Source: a virus (taxonomy: Duplodnaviria > Caudoviricetes). From it: a stretch of 38,048 nt of DNA. The notes under the pieces are model-generated. The model was not told the origin of the DNA. It saw only the letters and a program-made list of their open reading frames with translations, and ran no database searches. Below, piece by piece: positions 1 through 7,360 of this stretch (positions within the stretch are counted from its first letter, which is position 1; every line of letters starts with the position of its first letter). The stretch is taken from the IMG/VR virus record IMGVR_UViG_3300043015_001023, positions 1-38,048 of that record; one strand, given 5' to 3'. Made by a program: the position numbers and the translations under genes.

Positions 1-127
1 ATGTGATTATACCTTGTTCGCATTCTTTTTCATCAAATACGCATTTAGGTAGTAATTCACGCACTAGCTGTATACCATCATCAACACCAAGCTTCGGAAC
101 TATCTCAAAGTTTGCGTAGTATTTCTT
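1..127. repeat. Terminal direct repeat (circular contig overlap), copy 1
   Basis: Identical to 37922-38048; 127 nt is a common assembler k-mer; lies inside terL. Confidence 0.95.
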
Positions 128-1423
128 ATTGCCATATTCAACACCTTCCCTTGCTAATTCCTTTCTGGTTTTACCTCTTGATGCAAATTCTCGATTATTC
201 ATATCGTGCGGGCCGTATCGCTTACCAATATCCCAGCCCTTTTTGATTGCTACGCCCTCAATGTATTTAAGGTAATAACCAAGACCTTCACCGCTATTTT
301 CATGGTAGTGCAAAACCTGTATTTCACCACCTTGACGACACCAAAACCAAACCGCCGTACTGTCACCTATACCAATATCGCAAACAACATTAACTTTTTG
401 ACTCTCAGCGTAACCGGTTAAATCAGTTATGCGACCATCTTTATAAATATCGGTAAATTGCGTTGAGTAGTAAGCACCTTCAATAGATTGCTCAAATGCT
501 TCTTTAGGTGTTGACGGATATTCTCGCTTCATATCAGCGCCTAGCACTTTCCACTTTGATGAATACCAGGCCTTTTGTCCGTCAGTTAGATCTATTTCAT
601 GCTTGGCTTTAAGCTCTGCAAAATAAGGCTGCAAGCTTTCAAGAATTTCACCATCAATAGAATACTCTTCACGCTTCCACCAGCTGTAGAAGTGAAAGTT
701 AAAATCGAGCACTGATAGCTTTTTACCCATTAACTGATTCTTTCTAGCTGTTTCGCTGTATTCGTAAAAGCAACCCTCTTTACCCTCTGCGGTAGATTCG
801 AGCGTAACAATGCCACCATCAGCGGGAACGGCCTCAAATGCGCCTGTCACTATCTCCTTTGCTTTGTCTGGGTACTTTTTACATATCTTTCCGAACTCTG
901 AAACGTGCAATCTTTGAAGTGTGTCACCACGGTATGAGGTGCTTACTTTGATAGCTGAACCATTGCTAAATACGTATGAGTTACCTTTGTCACTCATTGG
1001 AGTAGGCAGCTCGTAACCAATATCAGCAAGCAAGTCTCTTTGCTCTTGCGTTATGTTTTGGTAGGCGTATTTGATTTTATTTCTGAATATGTCTTTTGCA
1101 CTGTCTAGATTGTGGCAAATGCAACCTGCGTTATAGTCTGGAGTAAATAGGCAATCGTCTAGCGCATCAATCATTTCAAACGTTGTAAAACCTAACTGCC
1201 TAGCTTTAAGGATTAGGTCTCTACCATGGTGAGATAAAAAGCGTTGCTCTTGCTCTTCATTTGGCTGAAATAGAGTTTTTTTACCTTGCTTGTTTTTGAT
1301 GTGATAAAGAGAGCAAAGCCTAAACCATTTATAGGTTAATGCGTCCGCTAACTCATCATAAGTTAGATCATCAATTCTACTTAGGTAATCTTTAGCCTTT
1401 AAGTGATTAGCGCTTACTTCCAC
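1..1423 (-). CDS. terL: Terminase large subunit, N-terminal part (continues across the join to 37764; about 526 aa in total)
   Basis: Manual translation from GTG at 1423 (AAGGAG upstream): Walker A LKARQLGFTT, Walker B LHVSEFGK, motif III ESTAEG; in frame with 37764..37985. Absent from the ORF track because it runs off the window end. Confidence 0.93.
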   Translation of the reverse strand, partial: MEVSANHLKAKDYLSRIDDLTYDELADALTYKWFRLCSLYHIKNKQGKKTLFQPNEEQEQRFLSHHGRDLILKARQLGFTTFEMIDALDDCLFTPDYNAGCICHNLDSAKDIFRNKIKYAYQNITQEQRDLLADIGYELPTPMSDKGNSYVFSNGSAIKVSTSYRGDTLQRLHVSEFGKICKKYPDKAKEIVTGAFEAVPADGGIVTLESTAEGKEGCFYEYSETARKNQLMGKKLSVLDFNFHFYSWWKREEYSIDGEILESLQPYFAELKAKHEIDLTDGQKAWYSSKWKVLGADMKREYPSTPKEAFEQSIEGAYYSTQFTDIYKDGRITDLTGYAESQKVNVVCDIGIGDSTAVWFWCRQGGEIQVLHYHENSGEGLGYYLKYIEGVAIKKGWDIGKRYGPHDMNNREFASRGKTRKELAREGVEYGNKKYYANFEIVPKLGVDDGIQLVRELLPKCVFDEKECEQGIIT

Positions 1424-1820
1424 CTGTTAGGCGCTCCTTGAGAGATTGCTCAACTTTAATATTTGCATTGGTTTCTGTTGGCGCGTTATGGCCTTGCATT
1501 AAGTTATGCTCTTTGATTGCAGCGATTGCCGCGCTAGCATTTAAAACACCTTTCTCGCCATCTTTCGAGGCTGTGGCATTGATTATCCTTTCAAGTACTT
1601 TTAACTTGTCAGTCTTTGACATTAAAAAGACTTCTTCTTGCTTTTTTTGGTGCTTTTCGATTGCTTTTTTTATGTCTAGTTTTGTCAAGTTTTCGCTTCC
1701 AATCTGCTTTGCGTTTTCCACCTTGTAGCCAGCATCAATAGCAGCCTTAGTTGCATTACCGCCATTCAAGATATACTCTTTTACAAAAGCGTCTTGTTTC
1801 AATGTTAGCTTACTCATCAT
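1407..1820 (-). CDS. terS: Terminase small subunit
   Basis: N-terminal HTH KLTLKQDAFVKEYILNGGNATKAAIDAGY typical of TerS; overlaps the terL start; start probably ATG at 1820 or 1817. Confidence 0.88.
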   Translation of the reverse strand: MMSKLTLKQDAFVKEYILNGGNATKAAIDAGYKVENAKQIGSENLTKLDIKKAIEKHQKKQEEVFLMSKTDKLKVLERIINATASKDGEKGVLNASAAIAAIKEHNLMQGHNAPTETNANIKVEQSLKERLTGGSKR

Positions 1821-2325
1821 CCCACCCATCATTGTGATCAAAATCATAGAAGTTGGACTTTGCTATATTGCATGTAGAGCAAAGAACTTGCAGATTACTT
1901 TCATCATTAGTGCCGCCACGACTAAAGGGAATGATGTGGTCTATGTGTAGCTTTACATTGTTATTTCTGGATGGCTTATCACCGCAGCACTGACACTTAA
2001 AGCCAGCTCTATACATTACGGCATATCTATTTGAGTCACTTACCTTTCTCCCGCTACTTGTTTCGCCTAGTAACGTGCGCAACCTCTTAACTTCTTCCTT
2101 TAGGTCTTTAAGTTCAGTAAGCAATGACTCATCAAACTTTCTATTAAGATCTTCCTTGTGCTTTTCTATGTGACGCTTTATTGCTGGCTTTGCTAAGTTT
2201 TGAGCACCTTGCTCATTAGCTGCCTTAGCGCTGTAACCAGCCTTAATAGCTGCCTGAGTCGCATTGCCACCGTTAAGTATATACTCCTTAACAAAGACGT
2301 CTTGTTTTGCTGTTAACTTTGTCAT
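1810..2325 (-). CDS. TerS-like HTH plus coiled coil plus HNH endonuclease fusion
   Basis: First ~55 aa paralogous to TerS; C-terminus CQCCG...LHIDHIIPFSRGGTNDESNLQVLCSTCNIAKSN is an HNH motif with two CxxC. Confidence 0.88.
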   Translation of the reverse strand: MTKLTAKQDVFVKEYILNGGNATQAAIKAGYSAKAANEQGAQNLAKPAIKRHIEKHKEDLNRKFDESLLTELKDLKEEVKRLRTLLGETSSGRKVSDSNRYAVMYRAGFKCQCCGDKPSRNNNVKLHIDHIIPFSRGGTNDESNLQVLCSTCNIAKSNFYDFDHNDGWDDE

Positions 2326-2331
2326 TCACTC

Positions 2332-2372
2332 ATTATCTCCTGATAATTAAGCGCCCTATCTCCTGATAGAGC
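2332..2372 (-). promoter_or_regulatory. Two tandem hairpins with AGGA loops; the proximal one contains the Shine-Dalgarno
   Basis: Minus strand TGCTCTATC-AGGA-GATAGGGCG and ATTATC-AGGA-GATAAT. Confidence 0.6.
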
Positions 2373-2403
2373 ATCTAAGTTATTATAGCTTATTACAGGC
2401 AAT

Positions 2404-2430
2404 AAAAAACCCCACTTAAAAGTGAGGCTT
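2404..2430 (-). terminator. Intrinsic terminator
   Basis: Minus strand GCCTCACT/AGTGGGGT stem followed by a T-tract. Confidence 0.7.
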
Positions 2431-2492
2431 CATATCAGCTCAATACAGCTGAACAAATATGTTAAGCACATTCGGTAGCTTAGAGGACTTTA

Positions 2493-3110
2493 TTATAACC
2501 CATTTAGCTCAATAGCCCTAACTATTGATTCCTTTGCTTCAATTAAATCAGTGCTTAAATCTTTATGCCCGCGAATACCACTACATAGTAACTTCTTAAC
2601 TGCGTGCTGTGTAGCTGGGCAGGTTACCTCAAACGCCTTTAAAACATCATACACATCAACCGTGGCGTTATTACCTTGACGGTCTTGTATTTCTCGCTCG
2701 TATTTATTGGCTGTTACTTTTTTAATATCCGCACTTACTTCCGCAGTTGTTTTAGGTGCGGACTTAGGTGCGGACTTTTCACTCATCATGCGCTTTAACT
2801 TTCCTATTGCCATCATTTGATTGTAGGTTAATTTGCGTTTTGGCTCTGATGAAATCTCATCAGGACTTGAAATAGCCTCTAAACCCTTAGTACTTACAAT
2901 CGCCATCAATCCAAAAGCTTTAAATACATCAATGACACTATTCCTCATTCCTGTGTGATCCAACTCTTCACGCTCAATGTAATCACCGATTCGGATTTCG
3001 TTTAACTGGAAGTCTTCATGGTTAAATATCTTGGTGTAACTTGCAATTTCACTCGCAAACCATTGATCGCCATTCGCATAACAAACAGCACCCTCTTTCC
3101 ACTCAATCAT
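2493..3110 (-). CDS. Hypothetical protein with a C-terminal DUF3310/SaV-like domain
   Basis: VDVYDVLKAFEVTCPATQHAVKKLLCSGIRGHKDLSTDLIEA resembles this phage family; GGAG RBS. Confidence 0.6.
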   Translation of the reverse strand: MIEWKEGAVCYANGDQWFASEIASYTKIFNHEDFQLNEIRIGDYIEREELDHTGMRNSVIDVFKAFGLMAIVSTKGLEAISSPDEISSEPKRKLTYNQMMAIGKLKRMMSEKSAPKSAPKTTAEVSADIKKVTANKYEREIQDRQGNNATVDVYDVLKAFEVTCPATQHAVKKLLCSGIRGHKDLSTDLIEAKESIVRAIELNGL

Positions 3111-3139
3111 TTTTCTTCTCCATTGTTTAAATTAACCCA

Positions 3140-3204
3140 ATCTTAATTCATTATTGGAAGTGTTAGAAATAACTTATTGGAATATAGATATAACAAAACC
3201 GCAT
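3140..3204 (-). promoter_or_regulatory. Double-dyad (LysR-type) site plus -10 TAAGAT
   Basis: ATGCGGTTTTGTTAT-ATCTAT-ATTCCAATAAGTTAT; -10 begins 28 nt after the last GTTAT G. Confidence 0.7.
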
Positions 3205-3252
3205 TAACGCGGTCTGTATTTTGAGTGGGATTTTTTGAAGTCTTTTCTTTTC

Positions 3253-3615
3253 TTATTCATTTTTAACTTCTCCCTGCATCGGCAACTTGATTGCACCAGA
3301 AGAAATACTATTACTCACAACAAGAACAAGGCAAACTATAAATATCCAAATGCCGTTACGAATAAAGCCCGCTTTTGTTTCCTGCTCATTCTTGGACTTA
3401 TCCCAAACGGGTTTATATTCCTCCCTGTCTGCGGTTCGCTGATCCTTCATCTCTGATATCTCAGCCTTAATTGAAAGGATTTCTTTATCCTGGGAATCCA
3501 TTCTCTTGTCTCTGTGCTCATTATCAGTGACAACTTTCACAAGTAATTCATTTGTTTCCGTCAGCTTGTGCGCTATCTCTTTCAAGTCTTGATGTATTTG
3601 CTCGTTTGTTGCCAT
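3253..3615 (-). CDS. Coiled-coil protein with a C-terminal TM helix (possibly holin-like)
   Basis: Heptad-rich N-terminus; hydrophobic GIWIFIVCLVLVV. Confidence 0.65.
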   Translation of the reverse strand: MATNEQIHQDLKEIAHKLTETNELLVKVVTDNEHRDKRMDSQDKEILSIKAEISEMKDQRTADREEYKPVWDKSKNEQETKAGFIRNGIWIFIVCLVLVVSNSISSGAIKLPMQGEVKNE

Positions 3616-3650
3616 AGTAAGTCAAGTTTAAAAATTCACCGTATTTAAAT

Positions 3651-4079
3651 CTATAGTACAATAAATAGATTGTTAAAACCAATCTGCCCACTGCGTACAT
3701 TATCAATGAAGCCGCCCAGATACTTCTGAACTCGTCGCCAATCAATAAGAGACAAAAGGAGAGATACATAAATGATATTGACGTATATCTCATAGCGGTT
3801 AAAAAGTGAATCATAAATATTGTACCATCCTAGATATTCAAATATCACTCCGCATCCCATTGCTAGAGTTACAGCGCTTAAAGCAAAAGCAGGTATGCAA
3901 GCGGCCTTTTTTAGTTTGTAATAATACTCAAACATATATGTTGCTGATATAAAACATAACAACCAGTAAACTTCCGCAGGTTGAGCCGCTGTTAATATAA
4001 AAGCGATGTTGCAAATAACCAGGTGAACAAAAACAGGATAGCTGTGAACTTTAAATGAAGCGATTAAGAACACAGCCAT
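3651..4079 (-). CDS. Multi-pass membrane protein
   Basis: Four to five hydrophobic segments; start at 4079 (after the micro-ORF) or 4151. Confidence 0.65.
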   Translation of the reverse strand: MAVFLIASFKVHSYPVFVHLVICNIAFILTAAQPAEVYWLLCFISATYMFEYYYKLKKAACIPAFALSAVTLAMGCGVIFEYLGWYNIYDSLFNRYEIYVNIIYVSLLLSLIDWRRVQKYLGGFIDNVRSGQIGFNNLFIVL

Positions 4080-4089
4080 TAAAGTTACG

Positions 4090-4137
4090 TTACTTACGCT
4101 TTTTACCGCTACCTGTGCGGCGTTTAAGAGTAGACAT
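4090..4137 (-). CDS. 15-aa basic micropeptide MSTLKRRTGSGKKRK
   Basis: GGAG 8 nt upstream of ATG; stop 10 nt before the membrane-protein ATG. Confidence 0.5.
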   Translation of the reverse strand: MSTLKRRTGSGKKRK

Positions 4138-4219
4138 AAATCATTCTCCATGCTTGTCGTTCCTCGGTGGGTAAATGTTAATTGGTTTTAGATCTAAGGT
4201 CAATTTTACAACAGATAAT

Positions 4220-4245
4220 AAAAAGCCACCTGTTAAAGTGGCTTT
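4220..4245 (-). terminator. Intrinsic terminator downstream of the tRNA
   Basis: GCCAC/GTGGC stem with an A-tract on +. Confidence 0.7.
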
Positions 4246-4287
4246 GCTTACTCTCGTTCAATGTATACACCATGGGAAAAGCGTATT

Positions 4288-4365
4288 TGGTACTCCAAGG
4301 CGGATTTGAACCGCTCCTTCTATCGATTATGAGTCGAGTGCATTAACCTATTATGCTATTGGAGT
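4288..4365 (-). tRNA. tRNA with anticodon CAU, most likely tRNA-Ile2 (lysidine)
   Basis: ACTCCAA/TTGGAGT acceptor stem, GCAT/ATGC D-stem, TCGA-CTCATAA-TCGA anticodon arm, GGTTCAAATCC T-arm, encoded ACCA end; C4-G69, C5-G68 and C29-G41 pairs. Confidence 0.9.
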
Positions 4366-4377
4366 ATCAAATAAGCT

Positions 4378-4518
4378 CTAAATTGGCAAATCTTCTTCAT
4401 TACCAAGCCAGCAATTTAAATTAAATCCACCCATAAAATATTGGGCTTGCTTTCTAGCCTCACCATATTTTCCAGCAAGATTCAGCTCAATCATTAGTGA
4501 TAGTCTAGACTTCCTCAT
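4378..4518 (-). CDS. Hypothetical 46-aa protein (MRKSRLSLMIEL...)
   Basis: AAGGAGG RBS; manual translation. Confidence 0.65.
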   Translation of the reverse strand: MRKSRLSLMIELNLAGKYGEARKQAQYFMGGFNLNCWLGNEEDLPI

Positions 4519-4529
4519 AAAAACCTCCT

Positions 4530-4785
4530 TGCTGATTCACATCGTTAGGTTTACACGTTCGCCAAAACGTAAATATTCAATCCTCGAACTACAGCCTCCA
4601 TTATTAATTAAAAGATTATAGTTTAAGGCTTACTAACTGCTATCTCACGACTGTAGTTAGTTTGTTACAACCCACTTTAACGCAAGTGAGAGCGAGATTT
4701 ATCACCTCCAACCTATTGAGGGCCGTCTTTCCGTAGCTGTCAAACAAAGATTACCGGGCCTTCTGTCGTTAAACCCGATAAAGTA
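4530..4785 (-). ncRNA. Putative structured leader or ncRNA upstream of the small ORF and tRNA
   Basis: No long ORF; consecutive hairpins incl. a GUGA-tetraloop stem; extended -10 TGcTATGAT at 4786-4794. Confidence 0.4.
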
Positions 4786-4813
4786 ATCATAGCAAAATCG
4801 GTGAGTTTGTTTA

Positions 4814-4853
4814 ATACCGTTTTGTTCTATGCTTATTCATTTTCGTTATTTAC
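4814..4853 (+). promoter_or_regulatory. Double-dyad (LysR-type) site, degenerate copy
   Basis: ATACCGTTTTGTTCT-ATGCTT-ATTCATTTTCGTTAT; no good -10 at the usual distance. Confidence 0.5.
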
Positions 4854-4956
4854 CTTATAACTATTTACCAACCATGCAGGCGCTAAGATTTTATAATCTC
4901 TGCGCCAACCTAAAGACTGGGCTGTTTGTTTGCCGTTTACGTGATTGTCTCTCTTT

Positions 4957-5181
4957 CTACAACTGGTCATTTAAACCCTCCAAAACCTCACTAACAATTA
5001 TCGTAGTTTCAACATAAGCCAAGTTATGATCTCTTCGCTTAATGCGCTTTAAACCAAGCTTTGCTAACATTCCAGAATAAAACTCAAGCTCAAATAAGCT
5101 AAGCGCATTTTCACACGGTACAGCAACCTCAATATTGCCGCTTGATAACTTGTCACAGTAATCTGCTTGCAATGGTGTCAT
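4957..5181 (-). CDS. Hypothetical protein
   Basis: ORF track; GGAG RBS favours the start at 5181. Confidence 0.65.
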   Translation of the reverse strand: MTPLQADYCDKLSSGNIEVAVPCENALSLFELEFYSGMLAKLGLKRIKRRDHNLAYVETTIIVSEVLEGLNDQL

Positions 5182-5216
5182 TTCATTCTCCATTTAACTT
5201 TACCGAATTTAGCATT

Positions 5217-5708
5217 TTAAATTCCAAGGCTAATCTGAGCTTTATCAGCTTGCTCAGTCCATTCCTTAATGTTTTGCTCCTTTATCTTTCTGTACTTTTG
5301 CAGCTCAGCACCCAAAAAGCTTGCAACCCTCTTGTCGCTATCTATCTTTTTTGCCAACTCATTTAATGCGATCATTGAGCTTTCAATGCCATTATTATTA
5401 ATTGCCTTATCAAAAGTCTGAATAACCTTAACTTCAAACTCGGCACTAACCCACATAGCGTACTTGTAAACAAGCTCTTTACAAATCCATGTACCTCCAC
5501 CATACCTGCCCTGCCTCTTTGATACTGGGTTAAAACCCCGATTCTGGTGTTTTAAAATATCTACCACATTCTTAAATGACTCTGACCTCATAAACTTGTA
5601 AGGCTCATACTTCTTGTTTCCGCCAGCGGATTTGTGCAAATCATTTAGCGAAAACCTTCCGCTATCATCCTTTTTAATCTCGATATCATTTATAATCAAC
5701 TCTTTCAT
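5217..5708 (-). CDS. KilA-N domain DNA-binding protein
   Basis: GRFSLNDLHKSAGG...GGGTWICKELVYKYAMWVSAEFEVKVI signature; GAGGTG RBS. Confidence 0.88.
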   Translation of the reverse strand: MKELIINDIEIKKDDSGRFSLNDLHKSAGGNKKYEPYKFMRSESFKNVVDILKHQNRGFNPVSKRQGRYGGGTWICKELVYKYAMWVSAEFEVKVIQTFDKAINNNGIESSMIALNELAKKIDSDKRVASFLGAELQKYRKIKEQNIKEWTEQADKAQISLGI

Positions 5709-5779
5709 GTTTAACACCTCTACTTATTTTTAATTATTGTATATCTTAAATATTAACCATGCAAATATTTAAATGATGA

Positions 5780-6217
5780 TTATTTATAATCAAGCATCAC
5801 GCCGTTCTTAGCGTAGTAAGCCTGTATATTATCCCTATATTCATTGTGCTGCTTCGTATTGAATAAACTGCTAACTGGTAGCAATTCCATGTAATTAACT
5901 TGCTGCTCGTGATTCCAATTGTAAAAACCTAGCTTGTTAAGCGTCCATGATATTTTGTATTTGTAATTCTCATCTTGAAGCAGTATTGGTAGCCCGAACA
6001 TCAATTTACAAAAGTTACGTACTGACTCGGCTCTCTCTCCCTCTAGCTTTGCTATGTGCGCGTACCATACATAGACCTGAGAGTTGGCTGGTAAGCTTCT
6101 TTTCTTGCTGTGCGGCTTGGCTGTTATATCAACCTTGCCGCATTGCTCGATGATAGCCTTAATTGCATAGTGCGCTTCATCTGCGTTTGATGTTGTTAAC
6201 TTTAGCGTGTCAATCAT
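5780..6217 (-). CDS. NinB/Orf-like recombination protein
   Basis: KKRSLPANSQVYVWYAHIAK resembles the NinB KRSxxQN motif; located next to rusA. Confidence 0.6.
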   Translation of the reverse strand: MIDTLKLTTSNADEAHYAIKAIIEQCGKVDITAKPHSKKRSLPANSQVYVWYAHIAKLEGERAESVRNFCKLMFGLPILLQDENYKYKISWTLNKLGFYNWNHEQQVNYMELLPVSSLFNTKQHNEYRDNIQAYYAKNGVMLDYK

Positions 6218-6620
6218 AAACAATAACCTTTACTTCAATTCTTGGGTTTTTAGCATCCACACCGCAATACCTCTCACTATTGGCAATTATGTAATTAACG
6301 TTGTCATCCTGTATAAATCCATTTTTAACTAGCGCATCTTGGAAAAACTTTTTAGCCGCACCAGTGAAGTTATCCAAGTCTGGCCCGTTATTTCTTGCTG
6401 CATAAAAGTCGTAGTGAATCTTAACTTTTGCATCACCAGGAAGTGGATCGAATGATTTTATCTGCCCCGCCATTTCTTCACAGTATTGCGCCTTGGCTTT
6501 TTCATAATCCCTATGATGTGAAGACCTAAACCAATTCAAGTTAATTGAAACGTTTCTGTCTTTCTTTGTTTTAAGTTTGAACTTTAAGTAAAGGGGTAAT
6601 GTAAATCTGTATTCACTCAT
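6210..6620 (-). CDS. rusA: RusA-family Holliday junction resolvase
   Basis: PDLDNF...KFFQDAL...IQDDN...NPRIEV. Confidence 0.85.
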   Translation of the reverse strand: MSEYRFTLPLYLKFKLKTKKDRNVSINLNWFRSSHHRDYEKAKAQYCEEMAGQIKSFDPLPGDAKVKIHYDFYAARNNGPDLDNFTGAAKKFFQDALVKNGFIQDDNVNYIIANSERYCGVDAKNPRIEVKVIVYD

Positions 6621-6627
6621 AATAACC

Positions 6628-7011
6628 TCAATACTTAGTTAGCATAATCGCATTAATAATATCGCTTTCTGGCTCTGCTATGCCATTCTCAGCCATTTTC
6701 TCAACCATCTTGCGCCATAGGTATCTCTGATTTCCAAAAGCTTCTGAAAATCGCTTTCTGTAGTGCGTAACATTCAGCGGGTGTGAACTATGCACATCGT
6801 GAAGCTGTTGCGGTACCGGTAAAATAAACCAATGCCCGATTTTAACCTTGTTGTGCTTGTAGCTTCTGCCGCATACATGATGGATTTGAAATGGCGCATC
6901 ATTCCACATATCACCGAATAGATAACCAACTCCATGCTCGTTATGAAAATCAGCTACAGCTTTAAGCCACGCCTTTTCCTCTGCGTTTGGTTTTGTGTTT
7001 TTACTTAGCAT
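6628..7011 (-). CDS. His-Me finger nuclease-like protein (DUF968/Ref-like)
   Basis: FQIHHVCGR...ILPVPQQLH...FSEAFG pattern. Confidence 0.5.
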   Translation of the reverse strand: MLSKNTKPNAEEKAWLKAVADFHNEHGVGYLFGDMWNDAPFQIHHVCGRSYKHNKVKIGHWFILPVPQQLHDVHSSHPLNVTHYRKRFSEAFGNQRYLWRKMVEKMAENGIAEPESDIINAIMLTKY

Positions 7012-7021
7012 CTTCTACCCC

Positions 7022-7360
7022 TTACCAATCTAATTTTATACCCATACCTTTCGGCATTTCTTTTGTTGCTTTGTGCGCTACTGCTGCGCGTTCTGAATCT
7101 GTTAACTTGCCTTTTTGCGGTGTTGCTCGCTTTGGTTTATTTCCTTTTTCGTCTGGCCGCCAATTACCCCAACCTATAGCTTCAAGCTGTCGTCTTAGGT
7201 ATGTATTCATAGCTCTAAACGCCATGTTTCTTTTTTTAACCTCGATAGGCTCTGCATCGTATGCTTCTTTGTAAACCTGTTGCGCTATCGGTAAATGATG
7301 GCGCATATCTAGGTGTTCTGAGCAATGATTTTCAAATTGTTTTTGTGCATCGTTTTTCAT
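7022..7360 (-). CDS. Hypothetical protein
   Basis: ATGA-coupled to dnaB; 112 aa. Confidence 0.7.
   Translation of the reverse strand: MKNDAQKQFENHCSEHLDMRHHLPIAQQVYKEAYDAEPIEVKKRNMAFRAMNTYLRRQLEAIGWGNWRPDEKGNKPKRATPQKGKLTDSERAAVAHKATKEMPKGMGIKLDW

Noticed and set aside
1-127. Biological terminal repeat or att site
   Set aside because: Exactly 127 nt and inside terL; best explained as assembler overlap of a circular contig
206-1728. Plus-strand ORFs 206..421 and 1438..1728
   Set aside because: Antisense shadows of terL and terS, with no RBS or motifs
2751-2778. 12-bp tandem repeat (TTAGGTGCGGAC)
   Set aside because: Two in-frame copies encoding a KSAP linker; no sign of a wider role
3548-3814. 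Overlapping 88-aa minus-strand ORF
   Set aside because: Alternate frame across two better-supported genes; no RBS or lipobox seen
4288-4365. Initiator tRNA-fMet, or tRNA as an integration site
   Set aside because: No GGG/CCC anticodon stem or 1-72 mismatch; no integrase or duplicated 3' end seen
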